Shown piece after piece: positions 26,881 through 39,624 of a DNA stretch of 64,000 nt; the stretch's first letter is position 1, and each line of letters opens with the position of its first letter. Under the pieces are notes generated by a model. That model saw only the letters and a list, made by a program, of their open reading frames with translations, was not told where the DNA came from and searched no databases. Origin of the DNA: Octopus vulgaris (taxonomy: Eukaryota); NCBI GenBank assembly GCA_951406725.2, contig OX597828.1:5952001-6016000 (forward strand), given 5' to 3'. The position numbers and the translations under genes are program-made.

Positions 26881-28227
26881 TTTAACCATAAGTTCTGGGA
26901 TTTAAAAAAATCCCATAAAGCCGGAGCCCTCACAAACCCGCAGTCAAATTTCCTGTGACTGAAGTAAACACATAAATTTCAGCCATACGCATGGTAATTG
27001 AATTGATTGAGTTAATCATCTGATACTTATTTTCAGGCCCCTGCAAGAATGAAATGCATGTTCGGCCAATGCGTTACTCGTAGTCAGAACATAAAGGAGC
27101 GTAGCTGAATATTACAACCATTCTTTCCAGTGTTTTAACAATTTTCCAACTTCCCTAACGTCAATTACTTCATAAATAAAATACTTATGTTTATATTAAT
27201 CATTGACATTAGGCTTTTATCCTTTTCTGGAGAAACACACCTGTAAATATTTCTAATTGTTGGACGAGTTAATAAATATATAGCACTGGAAGTTCTACTG
27301 GAAGTTCCGTCCATTGTTCACTTTTCTGTGGTCTAACTATACATTATACATTTCGTACCAGTACACGGATTCTTTCTTTTACGAGAGCTCCTTGCCTCTC
27401 TACTTCTTTAGTCCCTAGATTCAGTTACCTTAGGCTTTTCTAAAATGATACGCTAGTTCGCCTCCTGGGGTAGCAGCGACAACATGATGCTGTAGTAATT
27501 TTTGCTGTCATACCATGAGTCGAGCTTACCTATCTTCTTTTTAATTCTTTCTATGCTATTCCCTGAAGTACTTCTCTATAGCAAGAAACCGCATTTACGT
27601 CATTTTCCCTGATGGTTTTGAATTTTCTCAAGGCTCATTTACGCAACCTGTCTCTTTGGCTGTTGTCCAAGAACTTCATGCAGTGAATGAAGTGATGTAT
27701 GCGTCTCCCCAATTACCTTGTGTCACATATGCGAGACACGTTTCTCATCATCCTTATCAACTCCGCTATTAAGATATTGAACTTAGTATCATCCGTAATT
27801 TTATGTTCCGGTGGAACACGTACTTGGAAGCTATGATCTTAGACAAAAGAGGGACCAATCCTATACAAAGAATTCACTCACGACTAAGGAATTTCTTTTA
27901 CACGGAGACACTGCATACAAACCCTACTATTAATAAGGAATTAAGTAAATCCGGTAATTCAATTTCTTGGCGAACTGTGTGTTTCATAAAGCACTACTGC
28001 GTTAACAGTAATTTGTTTCACTGCTATACCTTTCGACATTATATATCCATAGATTTTGAGGGAATCCGTTTGTATAGGTAGATGTAACAGCGTGTCTTTC
28101 AATTCGAATGTCTCCTGGGACAGATTTATTTATAATGAACACGAATATATACATATCTGTAGAGCTGTGCCTGCATTCACATACATTTTGATAGATCCTT
28201 GTATGTATGAATCGATATAAGTATGTA

Positions 28228-28266
<39 letters not shown>

Positions 28267-28874
28267 AATGTGCAGATGTGTGTTTTGGCTTGTATGTGTT
28301 TCTCTGTGTCACGAGTGAAAGTTTATTGCTATAACTATAAATATTATAAAGTACAGTTATGACATAGGTTGTTTGCTTATGTGAATAAGATTTTGATTGA
28401 TGTGATCAGACAACGGCAAGATTTCGCTAGCGTAAAATCGTGTTTCTAAGACTATGTTATCGTGCCTCAGATGGTGTATTTCAGAATTACACCAGGCTGA
28501 GAATATACTCCACGGAAACCTAATGAGTTGAAAGAGTAGAAAATTATAAGAATACCATGCATCAAATAAATATTAAACTAATGCCAAAATATGACCCGTT
28601 CCTAGTGTTATAAATATCATAATCAGACATAGACGCAACACCCGTACACACGCACACACACACATACATACACAGACACACACATACATGAATACGCACA
28701 TATGTGTCTGTGTAATTTGAGTAAGTAGATAAATTGTAAATTAGTTTGGTTGTTTATATAAACATACAATCAATTTTATCCATTCTCGCTGTGCAACCAC
28801 CCACATAGCGGGTCTTCTTGCAAGCAAGCTTGTGCATATAAAACTAGTTACAATATATGGAGCAGTTACTCAAG

Positions 28875-29065
28875 GAGGCAAGCTGGCAGAATCTTTTGTA
28901 CACCGAGCAAATTGCTTAACATCATTTCTTCCGTTTTACGTCCTGAGTTCAAATTCCGCCGTTGCTAAATTCCTCCTTTTACCATTTTGAGGTCGATGAA
29001 ATAAGTACCAGCAGATCTCTGGTTGTGATGTAATCGATTTGAAGACCTTACACCAACATTTCAAA
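28875..29065 (+). mobile_element. SINE family A, diverged copy
   Basis: gaggcaagctggcagaatc...tacgtcctgagttcaaattccgcc...gaggtcgatgaaataagtaccag. Confidence 0.75.
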
Positions 29066-30084
29066 TCAATATATTCGATATGTTTCGCGTCATTACTTTA
29101 GTCAACTAACGTGAATTGTGATTCACAACTCTGGTCATAAACCACCTTACATCTAATCCTATACTTAGATTATTTTTTCAGCCTCATTATGTGACAGAAA
29201 AACTTGGTCACATAGTATTTTGCGGATTTCGACCGATGAGACGTACATCAGTACATGCAGTTAGTGATACACACTTGTACAAACACGACGTGTACACACA
29301 CATATACACGCAAACAGCCTCGACATTGCGTCATTTCACGGCTTTCAACAAACAAGCATGCTACTCATATATACATCTATCGCATAGTAAGAGGTACGTT
29401 CACCGGAGATACGCTACGCCGAAACGTATGACCTGATAAACCTTGCCTTTTACATATAATTTTTAATTCGGTTCAGTTACACGAGATCCAGTAAAAAGAA
29501 GTCATTTGATGAAAAGTTCAGAGGCCAAAATAACAAACGGTATCAGTAACACAGCCATTTGGGTGTTCAACATACTACAGAACGAATGTGAATAGGAGAG
29601 GGAGAAAGAGAGAGTCAAAGGGGTAGTTAAGATGAGAAAGACGGAGAATAAAACAAAATGACGCAAAAATATCTATTAAAGAAAAGAGGAAGGAAAATGG
29701 AATTGGCATGTAAACGAAAAATAACCAACACCTTCCTTGGGAAGAGAACAGAAGAAACGTAAAATAATAATATACATTTTGAAAAAAATATTTGAAGTAA
29801 TCTAATAAATGAGGAGGGAGTAGGCTGACAGAGATAACGGATGAGTTATGAAATCAAAATAAAAAAAGTGAAGGATGGATGAAAGTATAGATTGATTAGT
29901 GAAAGAATAATAGAAAAAGAGCAGGAAGGAGGCATATAAGAAGATAATACTGAAGGGTGGAAAGATCACGTGTAAGGAATGAGAAGATATTAGATGAAAA
30001 GACTAATCTGTATTCTTAATTCGAAAGAAAAGAGCAACACGTGAGTATTAAAGAAGAGAACATAAAGAGAGTGAAAATAATAAA

Positions 30085-30257
30085 ATAAAGAAAGGAAGGA
30101 AGAAAGAACGAAAGAAAGCAAGAAAGAAAGAAAGAAAGAAAGAAAGGAAGAAAGAAAGAAAGAAAGAAAAAGAGGCACGTTGAATTTACAAAATTGAGAA
30201 GCAATGAAAGAGGATAACATAAATATGAAAATGCATGAAAATAATCGCCGCCGCCGC

Positions 30258-30302
<45 letters not shown>
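30085..30302. repeat. (AAAG)n and (CTA)n microsatellites
   Basis: Direct reading. Confidence 0.9.
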
Positions 30303-30303
<1 letters not shown>

Positions 30304-31079
30304 ACACGTATACTTATTTACGTACATACCAAAAATGTGTACCTTACCAAATGTATTGAGTATCCCTTCAATCGAATGTAAAATTTTTATCATTATAAAG
30401 AAAAAACAGACGCGATTTATATATGTATGTGTGTGTATGTGTGCATGTATATGTATGTGTATGTGTATGTATATAACATATATATATATACCATGGAAAT
30501 ACCAAAAGGAGTAATTAAGCATTAAAATTAACGGGAAATAAGTTTTAAACGAAATCCTAGTGCTAAAAGAAATGTGCTTCTGTGGCATTTCAAGTTAGTA
30601 AATAAATTAAGACAGATGGCGAAATCGTGGGAGAAAAGAAAATGTAAACCACTGTAAGATAAGAATAATGAAAGCTGACAATTGGTTAATGTTAAAGGAA
30701 GAGGTAAAGGGGGAAATGAATATGGTAAAATGAAAGAAAGAATACAAACGATTAAAACGTGTTAGGCAATCGCATTTGTAACAGATTAATACAGATTAAC
30801 AAATAAAACTGTATCTAATGATTTGCAAATATTTTTATAACTAATGACACGATTTCACATCAAGAAACTTGAAAAGCAAATACGTAAACGTAATATTAGT
30901 AAAGAGTTGTGTAACTAAGGATAAATCAAGTATATGCCAGAAAAAAAGATAGAATAAATAAATAAAAGCAAAATTAATATAAAGTGGAAAATAAACTAAA
31001 ATGAATGTTTGAAATATAAATAATTTAGTTACTGTGAGTTTCGTTAAAAATATTGAAATGCTTTAACTTAATGTTTGTA

Positions 31080-31710
31080 ATTGAGGGAGAAGGCAAGTAA
31101 TTTTGAGGAGTGGGTTGGCACGGTAGCTGTGATTCCAGTACTTTGCTTGGGTAGAGGATCGACAAGGTTGACCTCGATGGGATTTGGTCTCAGAATGCAA
31201 AGAATCGGAATAAAAAAAAAACTGAACATTAAACTTTTCCAGTGCAGTAACGATACTCCTGAAGTACCACCATTACTTCCAATATAATTATAAACATTTC
31301 TAATCTTCGCAGAAGCCAGTAGTTTTAAGAGGAATGAAAGTCGAGTGCATCGACCAAGCGCTCAACTGGTACTTATTCGACATACTGAAATATAAATTCA
31401 ACCTTGCATTTGAACTCATAACTTAAAGAACCGGAAAAAATGCCACTAAACATTTTGTCCAGTGCACTAATGATTCTGCCAGTTCGACACATTTTCCTTG
31501 ATCCTCTCCATTATAGGAACAAGGCATGAAATTCCATGTAATGAGGTTAGTCGAATACATCGATCCCGCTGCTCAGCTAGTAGTACTTATTCAACAGTGA
31601 AAAGTAAATTCGATCTCAGCGGTATTTGAACGGAGAGTGTAAAAAATGTGGAAGAAATGCCGCTATGCATTTTGGCCGGTGTGATAACGATTCTGTCAGC
31701 CTGCTGCCTT
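31080..31710 (-). mobile_element. three head-to-tail degenerate SINE family A copies
   Basis: Units ~31080-31280, ~31300-31490 and ~31505-31710 each show a degenerate version of gtcga..catcga..ctcaRctRgtacttatt...atttgaac...aaatgccRcta..cattttgKccRgtg..aaYgattctgYcag. Confidence 0.6.
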
Positions 31711-32170
31711 TTCCATAATAATCATAATGTTTATTTAAAGATGTATGTATTAAAGAAATACATTACCGTGGAAAGCAACGCATGGTAACAGAGAAATATG
31801 AATGCCTCTGAAAGAGAATATACTCCGAAGACTGAAAGTAACGTATTTGAATATTTAGCTATACAGATAGTTATAGAAAACAAATGTACGGTTATTTCAA
31901 ATAATACGGAACACTTTTACCGACATACCTTTCAAGAGGTAGAAATTGCAAACAATCTGCGCATGTTTTTCTTCGAAAGAGTCACATTGAATAATGTAAC
32001 GTTTACACTGAAAGAATGGGTCCAATGGTGACTGTAGGATAAACCTTGATCATAGGTTTCTTCATTCATTATCGCCATGAAAGGATAACATAAGATATCC
32101 TGCATCAACAACAGCATCAAAATATGATAGAGCTATAAAAACTACTGTCACTGCTCACATTAATCTCACT

Positions 32171-32232
<62 letters not shown>

Positions 32233-32233
<1 letters not shown>

Positions 32234-32535
32234 TGCACTACGTTGGTTACAACGAGTGTTCCAGTTCATCCGATCAACGGTACAACCTGCTAACGAAAAT
32301 TAAGGTGCTGAGCTCTCCACAGTCATTCGTCTTCTTAACGTAATTCTTAGAGAGATTGAGCGTGACAAAGAATGTGACGAGGCTGGGTTTTGAAATACGG
32401 GTGGTATTCCTTTTTGCCAACTCAAAATTAGAACAATTTTTTTTAAAATGTCTTCATTTGATACCCTCCCGGGTATCAAACTTGCGACGTTACGATCGTG
32501 AGCCACATACGCTTAACCAATAAGCAATGTGCTTT
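32233..32535 (-). mobile_element. tRNA-derived SINE family D
   Basis: Minus head gcacattgcttattggttaagcgtatgtggctcacgatcgtaacgtcgcaagtttgatacccgg; plus-strand body ttccagttcatccgatcaacgg...ttaacgtaattct...agcgtgaca. Confidence 0.6.
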
Positions 32536-32639
32536 TATACACACAAACGCATACACACACACACACAAACACACTCACACACACACATATATATGTAGGC
32601 AGAAAGATAGAGAAAGAGATATAGAGAGAGGGATAGGTA

Positions 32640-32681
32640 GAAAGATAGAGAAAGAGATAGATAGATAGATAGATAAATAGG

Positions 32682-32723
<42 letters not shown>

Positions 32724-32830
32724 CATACATACATACATACATACATACATACATACATAGATGATGGATGGATTGATGGATGGATGGATGGATAGATAGA
32801 TAGATAGAAAGATAGATAGATAGATAGATA
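32640..32830. repeat. compound (GATA)n/(CATA)n/(GATG)n microsatellite, left flank of the LINE
   Basis: Direct reading. Confidence 0.95.
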
Positions 32831-33160
32831 TGTTTCTTTATTAGCCACACAGGGCTGCACACAGACAGGACAAATTACAAGGTAGAGCTTTTCTTTTGGG
32901 GGTAAAAAGGGGGTTTGGTTTTCGATCAAAAGGGATCGTAAAAGGAAAGAAAGAGGACAAAAGGGGGGTAAAGAAAAAAAGGGAAAGAAAAAAAGGGAAA
33001 AATTGATCAATAGGGATCGTTATCACAGAAATGTCAATATAAAGTGTAAAGGGGAGGACAGGTGAGGTTTTACAAATAAGCAACTCTATATTAATTTTTA
33101 CGGTTCATAGGATCATAGTCAAGGTGGCTTCGTCATTCATACGTGCCATCCTTGCTACAT

Positions 33161-34657
33161 TCACCCATCTTTTTTTAAAACATTCAATTGCCTCTCTACT
33201 CTCACATTCCTTTTCAAGTGGTACTTGAAGAAGTTGATGAGAGATTGACCAGAGAGGAAAGTGTTTATCTCTAATCCTTTCAGGCGCGTCCACCAGATAC
33301 ATTCTTTCGCCATAGCCACAAGTATGATAAAAATAGCTCTTCCTTCCCGTTTGAAGGAAGGAGGCGTGACGATATTAACGATAGACTCGGCTGATAAACC
33401 GACACGTCCCACACGTGACAGCAGTCGTTCGACATAAGTCCACAGGTCGGAGATTGTTGGACACTGCACGATTGCGTGCAGAACGGTTTCGTCGCTCTGC
33501 CCGCATCTCGGGCAGGTCGGCCCCGTGTTTCTGGAGCCATGCCTATAGAGCTTATCCCGAACGGGTAGCGCTTCTCGGTAGCAACGCCAGGCCAGGGATC
33601 TCTGGAATTTGTCCATAGGTCCCGGCTCGAAAGTCGTTTCAAACATGCGGGTCAAGTATTCCACGTCGACGCCCAGGTTTGCCCCGAGATCGTCGTCGTA
33701 CCTCCCCTCCACTAATCCCCTATAGAATGCTTTGGTTGTGTTGAAGTCACTCAAGGTCGACCCAGGACGGCAGAGTTGCTTGAGAGCAACGCGACACTCG
33801 CGGTGCCATTCGCCCTTCCTCGGCCTCTTTTTGATCCACGACTGCAGTTCGGTCATGGAGACGAGCTGCGGGAACGCGTGCCTCACAAACGGCGACCACA
33901 CCTGTTCACCGTCGTCTACATAGAGCCGGAGATGTCGCAGTCTCAGCGCGTGTCTGTGCATCATCAACCACGGCATGCCCAGCCCTCCTTTTAACGGGTG
34001 TTGACAGCAAATGGATCGCCTGACCATCGGGACGCATCCTTTCCACAGGAAGCGGAAGAGAAATCGTTCTAGTTTGGTGATGGTAGGGTTGCGTTGGTCC
34101 GTTCTTTGTTGCTTTTCATGCATTTCTGTATATAGCTTCTTGATTAGCCGTCCATCCTGTGGTGTGGGCAATAATACTGGCTTTTGTGGTTTTTCCTGCG
34201 GCTGTTGTTGTTGTTGTCGTTGTTTCGCGGCAGATTTGCACTCCTTTTTGAGGTTTGTTTCACTGCCGCATGTATAGCAGCGTGGCCTTCTGCCCTCGAC
34301 TACTACATACAACTTGTGGTCCTCCGCAAGATGTATGTGGGTGGGAATTTTGTTAATGTCGTCTTGGCTTATGTGGAGGAGAATCTCCAGTATCTTTCCC
34401 ACCCAGTCCTTGTGTTTCGAAACAGCGATTTGCAGGATGTTTAAGTCCTCCATTTCGACGCATATGGCGGATGTTATCCATAGTGTGTTTGTTATTTGCG
34501 GGACATTATTGATAATGACCTTTGTTACCGTCTGGCCAAGGTAACTGGGTGTCATTGTTAGCTCATCTTTATGAAGAGTTAGCGTTGAGAATTGCTTTGC
34601 GAACTCTTCATTCTGAAAAACTACCTGTACGTGGACAAACTTGTTCGACCAAGTCAC
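33161..34657 (-). CDS. Tx1-like ORF1 C-half fused in-frame to ORF2 C-terminal (post-RT, zf-RVT) region
   Basis: 498 open codons: VEGRRPRCYTCGSETNLKKEC (gag-like knuckle, 34238-34279), then TKLERFLFRFLWKG, KGGLG, WRCYREALPVRDKL, CPRCGQSDETVLHAIVQC. The true C-terminus (FKKRWVNVARM) is frameshifted into ORF 33105-33302. Confidence 0.8.
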   Translation of the reverse strand: MTWSNKFVHVQVVFQNEEFAKQFSTLTLHKDELTMTPSYLGQTVTKVIINNVPQITNTLWITSAICVEMEDLNILQIAVSKHKDWVGKILEILLHISQDDINKIPTHIHLAEDHKLYVVVEGRRPRCYTCGSETNLKKECKSAAKQRQQQQQPQEKPQKPVLLPTPQDGRLIKKLYTEMHEKQQRTDQRNPTITKLERFLFRFLWKGCVPMVRRSICCQHPLKGGLGMPWLMMHRHALRLRHLRLYVDDGEQVWSPFVRHAFPQLVSMTELQSWIKKRPRKGEWHRECRVALKQLCRPGSTLSDFNTTKAFYRGLVEGRYDDDLGANLGVDVEYLTRMFETTFEPGPMDKFQRSLAWRCYREALPVRDKLYRHGSRNTGPTCPRCGQSDETVLHAIVQCPTISDLWTYVERLLSRVGRVGLSAESIVNIVTPPSFKREGRAIFIILVAMAKECIWWTRLKGLEINTFLSGQSLINFFKYHLKRNVRVERQLNVLKKDG

Positions 34658-35529
34658 ATACTCTTTATATCTGCGTTTGCTTTTTCTGGACTTTTAGTTG
34701 TGTTGTTTGTTATTTTATAAATAATCGTTTTCTTTCTTTCCTCATTCAGTACGTGTTGCGGTACATTGCCGTTTTCTTTGGTGATTAGGGCTCTGGTGTA
34801 TTTTATCTGCTGTGCAGTAACGATACTATTGTTTACTCTTTCTTTTATCGCCTCGGCGATATTTGTTGTTTTGCTATTGTTGTTACTGCTGGTGGTTTTG
34901 GTGTTGATGGCAGGGGTGTGGGTTGTGGGTATATTAGGTTTGTGGTTGCTGATTATGCAACTAGCAAGGGGTGGAAAGTTGTCTGCATAATTTGCCCCTG
35001 CGTTAGCGCAAATTTCGGCAACTCGTTTGATGGTCGCGGTTATTTCTTTCTCTCCTTCACTTGTTGGTGATGGAGGGAACAATGGCTGAAGGGAATTGTT
35101 GTTGTTGTTGTTGTTATTGTCGTTCTTAGTGGCGGCGGTGGTATTAGTAGCAAGGGAGGCAGTCGTAGTAGCAGATATTGTAGTGGCGGCATTGGTATTG
35201 GCGGCACGGTCTTTGGTGGCGGTGATGGTGATTGGTCTGGTGATCTTGGTATTGTTATTGTTGTTGGTAGTGGTATCATTAGCAGAAGTAGCAGTTGTAG
35301 TAGCAGAAGCTGCCATGGTGGTGGTGTCGGTGTTGATGGTGGAATCATTGGTGGCGGTGACGGTGCTTGGCCTTGCGACCTTTGTTTTGTAGTTGTTGCT
35401 GTTGTCGGTGCTGATGGTGTAAGTAGCGTTCAAACAGTCAAGTTCAGCGCATGGTGACAGGGAATCCTGCTTTTTTGTTTTGGCGTCACGCTTCAGTTGC
35501 GCCTCAGCCTCGTGGTGACCAGTAGCCAT
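34654..35529 (-). CDS. Tx1-like ORF1 N-half, Thr/Asn-rich low complexity
   Basis: 291 open codons from ATG 35529; its stop overlaps the start of the next ORF in the -1 frame, suggesting one frameshifted ORF1. Confidence 0.65.
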   Translation of the reverse strand: MATGHHEAEAQLKRDAKTKKQDSLSPCAELDCLNATYTISTDNSNNYKTKVARPSTVTATNDSTINTDTTTMAASATTTATSANDTTTNNNNNTKITRPITITATKDRAANTNAATTISATTTASLATNTTAATKNDNNNNNNNNSLQPLFPPSPTSEGEKEITATIKRVAEICANAGANYADNFPPLASCIISNHKPNIPTTHTPAINTKTTSSNNNSKTTNIAEAIKERVNNSIVTAQQIKYTRALITKENGNVPQHVLNEERKKTIIYKITNNTTKSPEKANADIKSM

Positions 35530-35755
35530 TTTTGAAAATAGAAATGGCTAAAATACAACACAAGGCCTACGAGAATTTTTTAAATTTTGCCCACAAAGGA
35601 CGAAGTTTTGTGTAGATATTAGTCCAGGTTTGCAGTGGATGTTGTTGCACAACTTTTAAACACAAAATATTTGACAATAAACACTTTTGAACGTACAAAA
35701 TGACCAACGTACTTGGAGACCATTTAACTTGCGTCTGTCTGTCTGTCTGTCTGTC

Positions 35756-35756
<1 letters not shown>

Positions 35757-35829
<73 letters not shown>
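35757..35829. repeat. (GATA)n microsatellite, right flank of the LINE
   Basis: Direct reading; preceded by (GTCT)6 at 35733-35756. Confidence 0.97.
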
Positions 35830-36080
35830 TGACATGATAAAATACATCAAAATATGTTTCTTTACGATCTAATATGTTGATATCGTATATATAAATATAT
35901 TCACTTGTTTGTTGGTCCGTTGTATTCAGCTACATATATAACACACAGAAAGAGGGTTTCTTACACTCAGCTCCTACTCAGTTCCTGTTTTACTCTTTCT
36001 CCTTATATATTTATATATATGTATATATGTATGCGTGTAAACGTTTATATAACTCTGTGTGTGACTATATCCATGAGTGT

Positions 36081-36115
<35 letters not shown>

Positions 36116-36671
36116 TGTTTGCCAGTGTGTGTGTGGTGTTCAAACTACTTCATCTATTATTTATTAAATCATTGAGCGAAGAAATTTTACTAAACTAAGA
36201 CAAATCTTTGCCTTACGCATTCTTTTAATCATTCCTTTGAGTTACATTAATGCTGTCTCACTCAATATCTTTTAACGTCAAAAAGTTTCTCCTCCCACCT
36301 CTCTCTCTCTCTCTCTCTCTTGCCCTCTTGCTCTCTTCTTTCTCTTCTCATTGTCTCTCTCTGTCTCACAAACTCTCTACCTCAGTTTCTCTCCTTCTCC
36401 AGCTCAGTCTGAATGAACGAGTTTATCTGCACTGAATTTTCTGTATAAATGAAAACGTTCACATGCACTGACGCTTATAAGAGTCTAGAAATTTCGTTAA
36501 AACAATCCAGATGTTGGCAAATCCATTAATGTCAAAAGCACATACATACATAAACAGAAAGCCTATACATATAGCACTATATGTTCAGGCGTTCAGCTTT
36601 CAATTACCTCGTTTTAATCCGTGTATGCGCAAAATGTATGCCACTCCTACGAATATCAATATATTGATGTG

Positions 36672-36672
<1 letters not shown>

Positions 36673-36722
<50 letters not shown>

Positions 36723-36866
36723 TAATGTATATATATGTACATATATACACATACATACGTAAATATATGTATATATATACATACATAGATATATGTACAT
36801 ATATTCATATACGTATATATAATATATATACAAATATAAATATATACGTATATATATGTATACATA

Positions 36867-36904
<38 letters not shown>

Positions 36905-37215
36905 GTATTATATATATATATATATATACGTATATATATGTATACATATATATGTGCATCTATGTATATATATATATATATATATATACATACAAGTATA
37001 TTTACATATTTATGTGACTGTATATACACACATATATGTGCATATTTTTATGCATGTATGCATATTCATATATATATTAGTAACCCTATACGTGCTTATG
37101 TATGTGTACGTATACATATATATATATACATATATATATATACATACATATGCATATATATATATTTATATATATATTTGTGTGTATTCTATATATTCAA
37201 TACATACATATAAAT
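36673..37215. repeat. degenerate (TA)n low-complexity tract
   Basis: Direct reading. Confidence 0.95.
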
Positions 37216-37689
37216 TCTTATATGAATATATGTGTGTGAGAATACAAAAATGCATGTACGCGTATGAATATATATTTTTACATATGAATGCAAATCTATA
37301 TACATACACTCCCACATAGAGACGTTATCTCTCACACCAGTGCTAGGTCGTTTTTCACTGCTAGAGGGGAAACACGAATGTGCTTGCGCAGATACGGTAG
37401 AGTTCTATTTTAATTTACTGCTCCCCGAGGGTTACGATTCCTGTTTAGTATGCCTCACTGCCTGTGAATTATCATGCCTTGTCAAATGAAAACAAGTTTT
37501 GTCGTTAATTTGTAGTACGAGTTCAAATCCTTCAGTAGAAGGGTTAAAATGTGTATACTTCGCATTCCTTTAAGATGTGAAAGAAAACTGAGACAATTGG
37601 TAAGAAATCATTTTATAGAAATTTCCATCAAATGCTAAATTAAGTATTGTTGTTTTTAACAAATAAACAAAAAATAGATTTAATGTGCT

Positions 37690-38052
37690 CTTTTCTACTC
37701 TAGGTACAAGGCCCGGAATTTTGGGGGAGTGGGCCAGTCGATTAAATCGACCCCAGTACACAGCTGCTACTTAATTTATCGATCCCGAAAGGCAAAGTCG
37801 ACCTCGGCGGAATTTGAACTCAGAACGTAAGAACGGACGAAATACCTATTTATTTACTACCCACAAGGGGCTAAACACAGATGGGATTAAGTTGATTACA
37901 TCGACCCCAGTGCGTAACTGGTACTTAATTTATCGACCCTGAAAGAATGAAAGGCAAAGTCGACCTTGATAGAATTTGAACTCAGAACGTAACGGCAGAC
38001 GAAATACGGCTACGCATTTCGCCCGGCGTGCTAACGTTTCTGCCAGCTCGCC
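37690..38052 (-). mobile_element. SINE family A dimer (complete monomer with tail 1 + head-truncated monomer with tail 2)
   Basis: Two colinear units (37690-37846 and 37847-38052); flanking GATTTAATRTRCT at 37677-37689 and 38053-38065. Confidence 0.88.
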
Positions 38053-38602
38053 GATTTAATATACTGATTCCATTCATACCTTGTCATACCATATATGAAT
38101 ATATATAGAAATAAAAGTAAAAATGTTATACCAAATTTGAACAATGCAAAATTAATGTCTTAAATATGCGTTGAAGACAATTACAACAGGTGTAAGATGG
38201 CAAATAAATCTTTGAAAATAATAAATTTCCTAAACTCAACTCTGGTATTATTACTCTTAGATCTCAGTCAAAAAGCTGAGAAGTGATAAGTAAGCTAAAC
38301 TTGATTTTCATAGAGTAACCGCTGCTGAAAAATTACATGACTATATATTTAATAAGGAACACCTTATTGAGATGAAAGGCAAAATTGGGTAGTTTTTGAT
38401 GAAGTGTGAGAACCGAGGTGAATTTTCTTTATTCACTTATATCTGGTCTCAACTTTTGTTATTTAAGCTGTTTGGTGTTTGGCGTTCTTTCTTGAGTACA
38501 TAATCTAAACAATGTGGCAGCTAATCATGTTTAACTAATGTAAGACTTGGTGCACTCAGAAAGAACTTACTGTTTTTTTACCATTAAGGATTAGTACATA
38601 AT

Positions 38603-38983
38603 CTTTACTCTCTCTCTCCTTTACTCTTTTACTTGTTTCAGTCATTTCACTGCGGCCATGCTGGAGCACCGCCTTTAGTCGAGCATATCGACACCAGAAC
38701 TTATTATATGTAAGCCTAGTACTTATTCTATCGCTCCCTTTTGCCGAACCGCTATGTTACGGGAACGTAAACACAGCAGCATCGGTTCTCAAGCGATGTT
38801 GGGGGTAAAATACAGACACACAAACACACACATATATATGCATATACGTATATAAAACGGGCTTCTTTCAGTTTCCGCCTACCAAATCCACTCACAAGGC
38901 TTTGGTCGACTCGGGGCTATAGTAGAACCCGGAACTATGTGGCTGGTAAGCAAGCAACTTACCATACAGCCACCCCTGCACCT
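38603..38983 (-). mobile_element. SINE family B with ~35-bp internal deletion
   Basis: Colinear with 13147-13564 but reads gtagaa|cccggaac, lacking the gacacttgcccaag...gggactgaa segment (GAA microhomology). Confidence 0.9.
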
Positions 38984-39566
38984 ATATCCCAAGAGCAGAT
39001 TGAATTATGATAAAAATGGGATTTTAAACTCAATTGAGATGGCATACATAACCACTACAAAAATAAATTTACGATACAAATTTGAATATAAATTATGCAG
39101 TAACTGAATGATTCAGATCAGTAAATTACTGATACATATTTAATTATATTCCCACTAAAGCAAAGCAGTTGTATTCCATTAGAAAACGCCGTCGAGTTTG
39201 GTATCCTATATATAAATAAGGAACCTTTTTCTTGATCACCAAGCTCAAAGTAAGGCAGCAAAATATCGAAAAGTAAATCGATAGCAATGAATAAAGGTAA
39301 AACAAACGAAATAAAATGACGAAGTGGGAGAATTAATTACACAGTCGATACCTTAGTGGCACGACTGCGAATGCTTAATGCGTTAATATCGGTTACCTGT
39401 AGGCGATTTGGTTTTTCATAATGTCATTACTATAATGGTATTTTAAGTCCTAGCACTTCTATCTATCTATCTATCTATCTATCTGTCTGTCTGTGTGTAT
39501 GTATGTGTATGTGCGCATGTGTTTATGTGTGTATATGTTGATAAATGTATACGGATGTATGATTAA

Positions 39567-39621
<55 letters not shown>

Positions 39622-39624
<3 letters not shown>

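Larger units (their letters stand above)
32831..35756 (-). mobile_element. Tx1-like non-LTR retrotransposon, internally deleted (no APE or RT)
   Basis: 5' UTR, ORF1 with zinc knuckle, ORF2 C-terminus, 3' UTR with AATAAA at 32837-32842 (minus) just before the end; (GATA)n directly on both sides. Confidence 0.85.

Noticed and set aside
34640-34700. Programmed -1 frameshift between the two ORF1 halves
   Set aside because: No canonical X XXY YYZ heptamer in the correct frame; an indel in this copy is simpler.
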